NCBI GenBank assembly: GCA_050575255.1
Contig: JBNZDD010013730.1
Span: 5,296,345-5,360,344 of the forward strand
Direction: 5' to 3'
Length of the DNA stretch: 64,000 bases
Origin: Harriotta raleighana
Lineage: Eukaryota
In this document: piece after piece, positions 52,887-64,000 of the stretch
How positions within the stretch are numbered: position 1 is the first letter of the stretch
Layout of the letters: each line of letters opens with the position of its first letter
Made by a program: the position numbers and the translations under genes
Notes under the pieces: model-generated
The model's input: the letters and a program-made list of their open reading frames with translations, nothing else
Databases searched by the model: none
What the model was told of the DNA's origin: nothing

Positions 52887-53955
52887 CACTTAACCCTCGT
52901 CGATTGCGGGGGTTACGTTCCTGGGAAACTGCGCACCTCAGTAAAATCGCGTTGGGTAAGCTTAACAACTAATGGGTAAAGGGAAGTTAGGGGAATTCAG
53001 TCACAGGCTACCCACCTTAAGCTTCCAGGCACATCCACACCCAACCAATGCAAGGTACGTACTGAGGCGGGCTCCAGCTGGCTGGTCAGTACCTCGCTCC
53101 GCCCCCCTCTCCCCGCTTTTGTTGCTCCCTCCACCCCCCTTCTTGCTCACTTCTCTAGAGAAATAGAACTACCACCCAGGAGGTGGGCAAATCAGGGGAG
53201 CCAGGGAGGGAGGCAGAGAGCAGCTGGAGAGGGGAAAAGGGCAACCATGGAGAGGAGAGGTGAGAGAACCGCTGGGGCGGGGTGGGTGGGGAGCAGAGAG
53301 CTGCTGGGGAGAGAAGACGCCAGCTGGGGAAAGGAGGGGGTCAGAGAGCAACCCGGGGAGGGGAGGGAACAGGAAGTCGGGATGGGAGATGGCAGAAAGG
53401 GAGATGAGGACAATCTAGCCAGAGGCTACCCACCTCAAGCATCCAGGTACATTGACACCTGAACCAACCTATGTATGTACATAACGTTGTACAGCCGACT
53501 CCGCCCAGCAATAAAGCGATAACAAAGCAGTAAAGGAATAAAACATAAAACAATAAAACCACAACTAAGCTATTTTATTTTATGTGTATGGAGACTCTCT
53601 CTCTCTCTCTCTCTGTCTCTTCTATTTACCATGCAATGCCATCAGGATGCTTGGAGGCCGAAGAGTTATTGGACTTACCCAAAGATGCATTGTGCGCGGG
53701 GCAGCCAATGGAGGAATCATCGGCTTTAGTTGGGATCTGCCAGCCTCATCACAAATGCGCATGGGACCAACCAGCCGAGGAATCACCGGATTTATTCGGG
53801 AGTTGTTGGCGTCCTCACATGTGCGCATGCGCTCGGGGGCCAGCCAGAGAGTATACCCAAGTTTTATGCGTGCTGCACAAAAAAGTGATGCTTTTGTTTT
53901 GTCGCGTATACTTGAATTCGCAATCGATAAAGTCGCGTTCGACGAGGGTTAACTG
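52887..53955 (-). mobile_element. Tigger/pogo-type non-autonomous DNA transposon, copy B (~1070 bp)
   Basis: TIRs cacttaaccctcgtcga and tcgacgagggttaactg, with TA on both sides (flanks gaata and tattc, implying a palindromic GAATATTC target). Reverse-complement homology to 45782-46528. No transposase ORF. Confidence 0.9.
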
Positions 53956-54614
53956 TATTCAATTTCCATTTTTTCTAGGGATAATGCTACAGAGAAGGAG
54001 TAATGCTTACCATCTATGAATGAACCATATGGAAATGATATCATGTTGCCAAGCAATGCATTGAACCAGGATGCTTCCAAAATGACTTCCAATTCCGAAT
54101 TGATTTAATGTGGAATTTGGATCAATCGAGGTGAGAAAAATGGCTAATTGAGGTAAATCCACTTTGAGCACTGGTTACCAGTTCAAGAAGAACAAAACCT
54201 CGAAGCTATCTTGAATCTCGGCCACGAATACCTGGAAAGTTTTTTTTTATTGAATTTAAATTCCTCTGATGTTCGGAAGATCACAAAGGTGAGCTTTGTG
54301 GTGTGCCCCCACCCCTTCCATTTAACTGATAGACCAGTCAGCAATACCATTATCCCACTCTGCTCCATCCATTTCTCATTCTATTTTCCAAGGATCAACC
54401 CCACAATCTTCAGCATGTAAGGTACAATGTTCTTTTTTTATTGACACTATATTTATATTCTAGCTTTACACACATAAAGCAACATACCGAATAACTGTGG
54501 CACAATAGGAGAGTGAATACACTGATTTTGATAATCATGATAAGAGATAAGTATTCCTACCATTTACACAATCGTTTTTTTTGTTAACTTTAGAAATATT
54601 CACTTTATTTTAAA

Positions 54615-54720
54615 GTGTTTGTTCACCAAGAAATACACATTCACTCCACGTCACCGTAAAATCGTGTAAACTCGCTTTGAGATGTTTGAGAATAAGGGGC
54701 TAAATCAAATGGAAGGTTTA
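54615..54720 (+). mobile_element. Deu-SINE 3' tail fragment, diverged
   Basis: aaatacacattcactccac...gtgtaaactcgctttgagatgttt...gctaaatcaaatg. Confidence 0.5.
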
Positions 54721-55050
54721 TTGAAGATTGGAAGCTATTGAGATGGAATCACTCTCGAATAACATGACCATGATTCAACTGAGGAGCCAAGGTTGAATAA
54801 GTAACTTTTCTGTGTTATGATGTTTGGATGTTTTGCATTCCGTAGCCAATTATGTCCAGACGTAAATTTTATTTATGTCACAAATTGCTTGCATCATCAG
54901 ACGTGAAATTTTGCATTCTTCTCACAATCCAAATAAAGGTTTTTATTGTTTTTATGCAGTGAATGCATTATTCCATGGTATTGCATCCTGAAATATCCAA
55001 AATATAAGAAAGGAAGAGATCAGAGAGTAGAGACGGAGGTTAAAAGTGGA

Positions 55051-55162
55051 TTCGGCCAAAAATATACAGTCAGTTCACTTCACAGTATATTCCGTGAAGG
55101 GCTTTGAGACCTCTGGAAGACATGAAAAGCACCATATCAAATGCAACAATACTATTATTATT
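55051..55162 (+). mobile_element. Deu-SINE (short family) 3' fragment
   Basis: aaatatacagtcagttcacttcacagtatattccgtgaagggctttgagacctctggaagacatgaaaagc...caaatgcaa. Confidence 0.85.
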
Positions 55163-55529
55163 TAAAACTGAAGGAACTGACCAAGAGAACAGAGAGAAAT
55201 GTACGTTTGCAGAAAAATAATGAATTTCTTCAGATTACGCAACATTTTCCATTTGATGAAACAAAGGGGTGATGGAGAAAGACACAGAAATCAGTGGACA
55301 AAAGGCAGACAGAGCTAAAGAGAAGCAAAGCAGAATTCAGAATTCAACCAAGAGTGCTTTGTTATGTTTTTGAGGGTAAGCGGGAAATGGACAAAATTGT
55401 TGGAAAGTTATTGCATTGCTGAGGCTAAGTATAAACCATATAGGGCTTACATTTTATATGAAAGACTTTGATACAGAAAGAAAGAATGTGGCAAAAGTCA
55501 GTGACGTCACATTTTTGATTTGTGTGATA

Positions 55530-55615
55530 TTTCGCCCACAAATATATAGTGAATAAGAGAGGTCGAGAAGCCATGAAAAGTGCTACATCATATGCAAGGA
55601 TCATTATTATTATCA
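55530..55615 (+). mobile_element. Deu-SINE (short family) 3' fragment with internal deletion
   Basis: tttcgcccacaaatatatagt...catgaaaagtgctacatcatatgcaaggatcattattatt. Confidence 0.7.
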
Positions 55616-55866
55616 ATAATTGGCATTTTGACCAGAGACATCACCTTTGTGCTTCTCTGAGTAACTGACTGCCTCTAAATAGTTTGGAGACTGTGACAGA
55701 AAAAAAAAGTTACTAAATATGCATAAAATCAAATTAAGATCATGAGCTAAACTGTACTGACTACTGACAGCACTGAACAGCAGGACGCACATTTTCTTCT
55801 GGGTTTTTTCTTGAAACAGATCACATTGCTTTCACTTTAAATTATCTGATCACCAGAATGCACATC

Positions 55867-56123
55867 AAAGCCACATGTTTGTGTAAACCTTCTAAAGCAG
55901 CTGGGTGTCATAAGTACCCTCTCTGCAAAAGTATAGCTAAATATGGTTCATTTGCTTGATTATGGGGGCATTGGTAAACGAAAGCGATTCTAACANAAAG
56001 CCACATGTTTGTGTAAACCTTCTAAAGCAGCTGGGTGTCATAAGTAACTCTCTGCAAAAGTATAGCTAAATATGGTTCATTTGCTTGATTATGGGGGCAT
56101 TGGTAAACGAAAGCGATTCTAAC
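55867..56123. other. Duplicated ~128 bp segment either side of a single N (55996); probable assembly artefact
   Basis: 55867-55994 is repeated at 55997-56123, nearly identical. Confidence 0.8.
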
Positions 56124-56491
56124 GTAAATTTTAAAATGATACCTTGTTTTGGAAACTATTCTTGTGGTCTATTTGGAAAGCGCGTTTCAAAACCTTTAGT
56201 TGTGATGCCAACCGCAATAGCAGCAAAAGGCGTTTGATTTTCAGCACCAAAGCTGTTTCACGAGTTTACATCCTTGTGACATTGATTGGAGACCTAAACA
56301 CTCAACAAGCATGCTTAACCAGTGTATGCATCATGCAGTAGAATAAATAGCTGCTATCAAGCATTTTTCTCAGTATTTAGATCAACATAACTGGTCTATA
56401 ATTCCCCAATTTACATCTTGCTCCTCATTTGAATATCAAGGTTGCATTTACTGTGCTCTTGTATTGAATTACATTCCCTGTATTTTACGAG

Positions 56492-56550
56492 CATATAACA
56501 TGAGTTTCGCTCATACCTGTTAGGATGGGTTTTGGGCTTCATCACATGTG
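56492..56550 (-). ncRNA. Degenerate minimal type I hammerhead ribozyme motif
   Basis: Minus strand: CACAT-gTGATGA-aGCCCA-(19 nt)-TGAGC-GAAAC-tcat-GTT-ATATG. Stem I 4/5 paired, stem II 4/5 paired, short stem III. The core has G in place of the conserved C3, so it is probably inactive. Confidence 0.5.
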
Positions 56551-57250
56551 GACCAACGGATCTTGTCGCTGTCAACTTCTGTAACGTTCCAACCCTTTTT
56601 TTTATCTGACGTTTTTTGATGCTTCACAATATGTCCCGTCCTCTCCAGTCAAGAGACCTATCTGGCTTTCCAATACTCTAGCTTTTGCTACACAACTAGA
56701 TCATACCCCACCACATCTACAGGCCATGACGTTCTGAGGCTTAAAATAACTTGAGAAAATTGTTCGGTTGACTTTTGAGTTAATCCGCTCTGGGCTTCTT
56801 TTCAGATCTCATTACTTTTCTAAATTCGTACTGTTATTTTTTGTTCTGACCCACTTCCAGATGATAATTTCTGTGGGACTACAAACTAACAAATGTTCAC
56901 ATGCAATACAACCCCTCTATGGAACTGGTTTAGTTCCACCTGTTTATCCTTTATTGTTTTTCTCTCGTCTGCCCATTTTACCTCTGAAATATACGAAAAG
57001 CCTCAGAACTATTGTGCTGCAATTCCCTGCAGTCTCTCTTACTTGCTTAATTATCTTCCTTGCTACCTGAGCTGTTGGTTAATAACAAGTTGCCAACTAT
57101 CACATTGTTGCCCTTATTAATAGGATCTATTCATGTTGCTTCCAGGCATCTCCTCTGTCAATTTTATGTCCACCCTTTCAATATCTGTAATGTCATTTAT
57201 GTCATTCCTTGTCACTCTGCCCACATTAATAGGTCAATCTTTTCAAAACA
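56551..57250 (-). mobile_element. Decayed Penelope-like element (RT linker to GIY-YIG endonuclease remnant)
   Basis: Minus-strand translation across frameshifts gives, in order, ILKGW, ARKIIKQ, RREK/TIKDKQV, GGTKPVP*RGCIACEHL, CSPTEIII, EVGQ and LEYWKAR. This parallels the PLE motifs F.xRGY, I..II.K, RRxKNLKDxLV, G.xPC..C.xC, C.S.NV.Y, YVGQT and E.xWI. Confidence 0.55.
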
Positions 57251-58465
57251 TTCTATCACTCAGCTGTCTCCAAAGTCTACATTCCTTTCAAACATTTTCC
57301 AATATTGTAAAATAAACATCTCATAAATGCACATTATGAAGTATTAATAAATAATAGGAGGGTCAAACATAGCCTACAACATTTGCAGCATTTCTAAATC
57401 ATTGTAATACTCTGATATTACCAGTTTGGTTATTCAATTTGCATCATGTACCAAGGGATATGCAACTAAATATAAACTTATAAAAATGTACAGTAATTCT
57501 TATAGAATTCTGTGTGTAAATTATTGGGAAGAATTTGAAAGCTAAATAAGTTATTGGTAAATATGATCTAAATGGAAATTACATTATAAATAGGACTTCA
57601 ATGAATTAAAATAATGGTTTATTTGATTTCCTTGGTTTAATAGTTTTGCATCCTCAAATATATTTTGGAAATTTGTTTTCAACAGCGTTCAAATATCATA
57701 ATGTAAAAGCAGTTTATTTTCTGACTGCTGATCATTGATTCTGATCTAGTCTTACAAGTTCACATCTGTAATAAGACAATCATGAAAAGGTTGATTGGTG
57801 CTGCCCAGAAAAAAAAAACATGAAGTGTGCAATCACTGAATGATGCTTTTCAGTATCCTCTGCAGTCTGCAGGAGCTGATCTGGCTAGATTTGAGTTGGG
57901 CCCCACAAGCGTCGATTAAGCCATATTTCCACAAAATGTATTGGGATTTGTTCTACTGCACTGTAGTTCATTGAATAAAACATTACGGAAGTATAACTGG
58001 CCCCAGTCACAAAACAACATCGCTGATTAATCATTAATATGCAGATTAACGTTTATGACTGTTAAACACTGGGAATTGTAAGAATAGCTCTATATCTTGC
58101 AGCTGGTGAGCCTAAATGGATGAAATCTTTACCAATTGAAAGCTGACACATCCCCATCCTTGTGTGGGAAGGTGTCAGCTATTTCCCACGTCAATCCAGT
58201 TCACATTGTAGCATTCTTGCCTTTGAGCCAGAAGGTTGTTCTGTCAGAATGTTCAGGCTGTAAAATATTCCTTGATATGATTCAAAAAGGGAATTGAAGA
58301 TTCCCAAGTCTAGGCTCTTGCCAACATGCACCTAATATTCTCCAGAATTAGATGAGTAGAGAGCAACCCTCCAGAGAGAGTGCACATTGCATACCAGACT
58401 TGGGGAAATGTTCCTATATAGGTGGCATGCATATGTGGAACTCAGTCTCGGTTAGATGCTTTCAA

Positions 58466-58600
58466 CAAAACGCAAAATACTGCAGACGTTTGAAATCTGA
58501 AACAAAAACAGAAGTGGCTGGGAACACTCGGCAGGTCAGGCAGCGGCTATGGAGAAAGGAAAGTGAGTCAACGTTTCGGATCTACGACCCTTTGTCAGAA
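58466..58600 (+). mobile_element. Single arm of the palindromic Penelope-derived element
   Basis: caaaacgcaaaatactgcagacgtttgaaatctgaaacaaaaacag...gctgggaacactcggcaggtcaggcagc...gagtcaacgtttcggatctacgaccctttgtcagaa, homologous to 34921-35016 and the reverse complement of 35081-35197. Confidence 0.75.
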
Positions 58601-58664
58601 TTGTTCAGCATGGGGATGTGTCAATGTGTCAAATACCTGGCTGACCTTCCAAAAACCCTTTCTA

Positions 58665-58772
58665 TTTCGCCCACAAAATGATACAATCAATTCATTGTAA
58701 CGTATATTCTGTGAAGCGCTTTGAGATGGCTCGAGGACGTACTAATGCGCAAAATTCATTATCATTATTTAT
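58665..58772 (+). mobile_element. Deu-SINE (short family) 3' fragment
   Basis: tttcgcccacaaaat...caatcaattca...gtatattctgtgaagcgctttgagatg. Confidence 0.75.
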
Positions 58773-59469
58773 TAAAAGGTAACCGATTTAAACTGTCCAT
58801 GTAACTGAATAGTTAATTACTCAATATTGTTATGTTTTTCCACTGCGCATTTAGTATTTCAAATATTTTGATCACATTGGGGGAATGTGACCGACTTCTA
58901 CATGATCCATTCGACTGTAATTTGAGTTACTCCTGAAAGATTCACCGTGTTATTCATGGAGTGACAATATACATACACACAACCTATTTCAGAACAAAAA
59001 TTATTTGATTCCACTAGCTTTCCGTTCATTGCCAATTGTTCATTTTGATTTTTGCTTGCTGAAGTAAGATGTTTTGAGTCTTTGAAAATCTGTAAGGTTC
59101 AGTTTGAATATTTCATTTACAATATTCTGACATGTTGAAATAAACATCTTTGTTAATTCAAGCATTTATTCTGAACATATTAGAGAAGTGCGATAAAGTG
59201 GCCCATAGAAATGCTACATCTATCTGTAATGTATAAGTAATACAAGGTAAGAAGGTACCAAGACTAACCACTCCATACAGTACAAATATAATAGGATGAA
59301 TGGATATCTACTGAACTGTAAATTTCTATGGTTCTCTTATCAGTCTACATAAACAGTAAATAAATCATTCAATCCAACAAATTGCTTCATCAATATTTCT
59401 AATGGCTTGAGTCTAGATGAGCTTCTAGAAGGTAGAGGTTATAGCCACACTGTCGTCTGCATCCACGAC

Positions 59470-60900
59470 TATCCATTTATAGCTTTCTATTCCAGAAAAC
59501 TTTAAATATATTCCCTAAACAAAGCAACGAAAACAGTGCTACTGGAAGTGCATGTATTCTGTTCTGTCCTCATGCCTACTGTTCCAAGAATCAACAATCA
59601 TTTTCTTAAACATCATTATCTCAGCTTTTGATTTTTAAATTTGAAATCCTGTCTTTAAGTTTTGTTTTCAGAAATGAATGTAAAGAATCTGCTAGCAGTG
59701 GGATTATTAGTTCCCTTGATTTGCCTTACAATTTGAATCATATAATTCTTCATCTTTTCCGAAGTTGTGTATAACCTTAGGCCACTTTGTTAAGCAATTA
59801 CAGTATTTTGAAGTTCAACAACCATCACGGTTCCCAGTCTTAATGCTTCTTTCTTGGAATAAGACCAGAAACACATTTTAACATTCTAAGTCCGAGCAAT
59901 GCATTAGAAAAGCTACTGTAAGTGCTGTGTATTGATTGAATAGCTTTTTTCCCCCCAAGGTTTATGCTGTTTCCTTTATTGATCATTCAGAAGATGTTCA
60001 AAAACTAGTCAATAACCACTTCTAAATATTTTTTCCCAATTCAACACTGCACAGGATAGAGCTATTTGTAGTGCAATCTTGTTTTCCCCATCTAAACACA
60101 CGTTTCGTAGTTGCCAACGAAAGGGTCTGAGACTGAACAATTTTTAATAGTTCATAGTTAATAGTTTAATCTTAATAAGTCTGAATCTCAAACAGTATTT
60201 CTTCCAGTAGCTGGAAGTACATCAGGGTGGTGCTCCTGAACTCCGTTCGGATACAATGTCACTCAGCGTCTGCATTAAGAGATAAAGTTTGTTTTTTAAA
60301 AAAAATATATTTGGCCACTTTTAGTCATGTTCTGACCCTCACAAAATTATTTAAAATCATGCGAGTCTCGACCAGATGCGTTACCAACCTGAGAGCTGTC
60401 TGCGAACTGAAATTCTTTCTAGATCATTAATGCTGATAATGCTGAGCACAGGACCAAGAGCAGATTCTTGTACAAACCCACTATTCCCAGTGTGAGTTTA
60501 TAGCCATCTGTCACCACCATCTCTTTTGTTTAGCCAATTTCCAATCCAATTAGGTACTTCCCATTTGTTCCATGACCTTTTAACTTTAACAAAAGTTTTT
60601 TAGTGTGACACATTATCAGAAACCATTTGGGAGCTGAGCTATTTGCTGGTTGCCACAAATTTAGACATATCCTCAAAGAAGTCCAGTAACTTTGTGATCT
60701 GTGATCTCTTACTCTTAAGGTCAAAGTAGCTCTGTATGATAACCTGAGTTCTTCATAAGTAGTCATTAATTGCTTCCCCTATAATCCTCTTCAGTATTTT
60801 CCTCTGAAGTCAAAATGACTCAAATTTAGTCGTTAGGGTGAGCCTCTGCACCTTTTTTTAAAAAAGTGCCGATTTTGCATTTTTCAATGGTTTAATGAAT
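59470..60900 (-). mobile_element. Long decayed CR1 LINE ORF2 (RT) remnant
   Basis: Minus frames KKLLLKLKGHGTNGKYL and GFVQESALGPVLSIISINDL match CR1 RT motifs (HKRLLxKLxAHGIxG; GVPQGSVLGPxLFxIYINDL). Boundaries are approximate. Confidence 0.65.
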
Positions 60901-60959
60901 GTTTCCAGGTATCCAAGGCTAATCTCTGGATTTTACTGTATTGTGAAATGGAGCTCCTT

Positions 60960-61088
60960 CCCCATTGATCTCCACCTTTCCCAAACCCTACCTCCTGCTT
61001 GGATCTGAAAAACTGACTATCCAGCACCTTGGAACGTTGTCCTGACATGAAAGGCACTATACAAATGTAATTTTGTTGTTGTTATTGT
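60960..61088 (+). mobile_element. L2 LINE 3' end
   Basis: ccagcaccttggaacgttgtcctgacatgaaaggcactatacaaatgtaattttgttgttgttattg. Confidence 0.75.
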
Positions 61089-63374
61089 AGAAAGATTCAT
61101 GCCCCTAGTGAAAGTCTGCATGATTTAGGGAGAACTAGCCCGTAACTTTAATGTATGATTTTTTGCGGGGTATCCGACAGATAGAGGTTTCAGTTGATTC
61201 TTCCATTCTGTGCCAAGCATGTCACCTTGGAGTCAAATCAACTCAAAGAGGACGCATTCACCCCCTCTGTGTTTCTTCCTCTCCACCCATTCCCAGAGGG
61301 AAAGTCAGCATCAGCTTGGACTGTGAACTCAAAAGTCCTGATGCGAAGTCTGAATCCATCTAAATCAGAGGTGAGAGCACGAGCAATTGTGCCAGACTAG
61401 CACCTTTAATAAAGGTGACAACTTTACAACTTTAACAAAGTTAAAGATGTTTTCTTTAAGTTCTGGGTCTGACATGATTCAATTCCACCCTAAGAATTTT
61501 TAAAAAAGACTCCTTCTGAGTGGAGTTCAAATCAATTTACACTGCAAAAATCAATGGATTTCTGAAACTATCCCCTCAAGGTAGATTCTACAGACAGCAT
61601 CCAGTGAGATTCAGTTGATACTGCTCATGTCATAGCAGATTGCTGCATAGTGAAGCAAATTGCTGCAAAGCAGCAATAAAACAAGGCGTCAATGATTGAA
61701 CAATGAAAAGTTTTTCAATGTTAGGAGTTTGATTATATATTTTTTTCAAAAGCTGAAGATAATGCAAGTCAGTCCTTGAAGGCTGCAGAAAGTGAGAGAG
61801 TCCGTGTCTTTTGATGTGAAGCCACAGCAACTGGTGAAGTCCATGTGGAGATGTGTTGGCTGGGGTGCAAACTGCAGGGCAGTAGAAAACAGCAGCCACA
61901 CAATTCACACTGCTTTTTATTTGAACTGCAATGCCATTTGAAACAAAGATGAACTAAGTTCTGGTAGAGACTGTTGGTACAAGAGGAAAAATGCTGATAT
62001 GAAAGAGGATACTTTGAAAGGATTCCATCATCGGGTGTGTGTATGTATAGTGATACATCTGGGGACTTCAAGATTAAGAGTGCATATTGACAATGCCAAA
62101 TACAGAACAATTTTGTTGCAAATAAACTGTACTGGATAGTTTAGACCAGTGGCAGAGTTCCCACTTTTCAACATTTGATATCTTCCTAATAATCCAGCAT
62201 CTGTCCTTTCATTTCCTCCTTAAGCATCGGATTCCATTTCTTTATTACCTTTGTTTTTTTGCTTAGTCTGAAAAACATTCTTCCTTTAATTTCCTTCCTG
62301 TTCCACCCTTGGACTCTGATCAAAGCCAAACATTTCACTAATTCTGCTAATATCCCATTCAAATATTAGAAGAAAAAAATGTTACAGTAAGACCAATGTT
62401 ATATAGGATGTTGATTTGGGTCCATAAAAATTATACCCTTTGATATAATGGGAAGGACACAACTCTTAAGTGTTTTGTGTCAGCACTTTTGGGTTGAACT
62501 TACTGACCCACATATGCATGCAGTGTGCAAAAGGCTGGCAGGAACTCTCCCAAGCGTTTCCTGTACCTGTGAGCTTTTTGTGCCTGTGTGCTATGTGACA
62601 GAAGTCATAATTATGTTGTACTTCCAGTATACTGTCGCTATATATAGATACTGTACCACTTTTAGCCAACAATATACATATTCTATTACGGTGGTTTCCT
62701 TCAAAGAGTTGACTCTTTCCATTCAGTTTTCATCGCTGTCTCTCTTTTAGGACTCTCAATGGGATAGGGTTAAACTACTCCGAAGTTTGAAGAAATTCCT
62801 GAGGCCTGAGAGATTGCTCTTGGAGAACCATACAACAGCAACAATCTCCCAGCAATAAATTCTGCAGGAATTACAATGATCTATCAGCAGTAACTCTCAC
62901 AGGATTGACCAACACACAATCAGCTTTCCCTTACAATCATAATCCAGACAATTTCTTAGCTTGGAGGCTGGAAACTGCTGGACACATCTGCTGTGATATA
63001 TAGAAGATTTGTACCTGCAATTCATGTGTTGATGTTACAAAACTGGTTCTGCTATGTATAATAGCTTAAGTAAGTTTGAAAATGTGATTTTGAGGGGTGA
63101 ATACATGGGAGTAAAACACCCCGATCCCACAATAAACAAACTCATGTTACAATAAAGCCATTTTAATGGAGTTCTACTGCATATTGTCCAGAAATTTAAA
63201 GCCATTTTCATAATATCTTTCTCAGAATATTTTCAACTTTCGAAATGTGAAACCGAACTTTAAAGTACACTAAAGCAAGTACAGCCAAAGGTTATGGTTT
63301 AAATTAATGTGAGGAAATTTGGAACAGATATCATAAACCCAAAGGCAAGAGACAAAAATATCAGGCTATCTCAA

Positions 63375-63470
63375 TATAGAAATGGATGCTATGGTGGAAG
63401 AATTGATAGTACTAGAGAAACGTGCTTGGTGAGCCAAATGGCCTTATCCCATTCCCACTAATTTCTTATC
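63375..63470 (+). mobile_element. CR1 3' UTR fragment
   Basis: atggatgctatggtgg...gcttggtgagccaaatggcctt...tttcttat resembles the CR1 3' end (gcttgatgggccgaatggcct...ttcttatg). Confidence 0.5.
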
Positions 63471-63650
63471 AGAGCATCAAAGTGTTGGAACAGTTTTGTG
63501 TGAGTGGGTTAAAATAAATTAAGGAATAATGTTCAAATGAAAGTTCCATTAAACAGGATTAATAAGGATTAGAATTCTAATCGTCCTCCAAATAATTATC
63601 TCTGTGTGCATTTTATATGTTTAGGGACACCAATGAGGCTCCGTTTTGAA

Positions 63651-63990
63651 ACTCTTGCCTTGGAGTCAGACTGTTGTAAGTTTAAGTCTCATGTCAGGAT
63701 ATTATCAGTGGTGAATTCTTCAGGGGAGGCTTTAAATTGAGGTCCCGTCTGCCTCTTCAGATAGACATTAAAGATCCACTAGCACTATTTGAAAAGAGAA
63801 GAATTCCTCCCTAGTGTCCTGCCCAATAATCACCCAGATAAAATTGCTGTTCACTACATGGCTGTTTATGGAGCCTTGATTGTCACATTCACCTACAAAT
63901 ACAGTTACTGCTCTATACTGTAAATAGCGCAAAGTGCTTTGAAATTCTTCAATGAGATGATAAGGCGCTCTATCAAATGCAAGAATAATC
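63651..63990 (+). mobile_element. Old SacSINE1/AmnSINE1-like Deu-SINE, near full length
   Basis: actcttgccttggagtcaga...ttaaattgaggtcccgtctgcctcttcagatagacattaaagatccactagcactatttgaaaagag...gtgtcctgcccaat...gctgtttatggagc...aagtgctttga...gataaggcgctctatcaaatgcaag. Confidence 0.8.
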
Positions 63991-64000
63991 AGAAGCAAAT

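Noticed and set aside
53582-54019. Longest ORFs in the track (145 aa and 122 aa)
   Set aside because: They lie within MITE copy B, begin in a (CT)n tract, have no transposase motifs, and are not listed as equivalent ORFs in copy A.

Overview
AT-rich, essentially non-coding vertebrate genomic DNA. The repeat content points to a cartilaginous fish, plausibly a chimaera or shark such as Callorhinchus milii (inference). I recognise no host protein-coding gene. The listed short ORFs are chance frames or decayed transposon frames, so the window looks like a large intron or gene desert. It contains: (i) many tRNA-headed Deu-domain SINEs in two tiers, a short younger family and an older SacSINE1/AmnSINE1-like family; (ii) decayed L2, CR1 and probably RTE LINE fragments; (iii) TA-flanked Tigger/pogo-type MITEs, including an inverted pair at 45.8 and 52.9 kb; (iv) a decayed Penelope-like element remnant with an adjacent degenerate minimal type I hammerhead-ribozyme motif (56.5-57.2 kb), and a palindromic element with hammerhead-like cores (34.9-35.2 kb, half copy at 58.5 kb); (v) several repeat-free blocks that look like conserved non-coding elements; and (vi) five duplications flanking single Ns that are probably assembly artefacts. 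I found no convincing novel multi-gene system. The hammerhead-bearing Penelope-type relics are the most interesting signal, and that association is already known in general terms.
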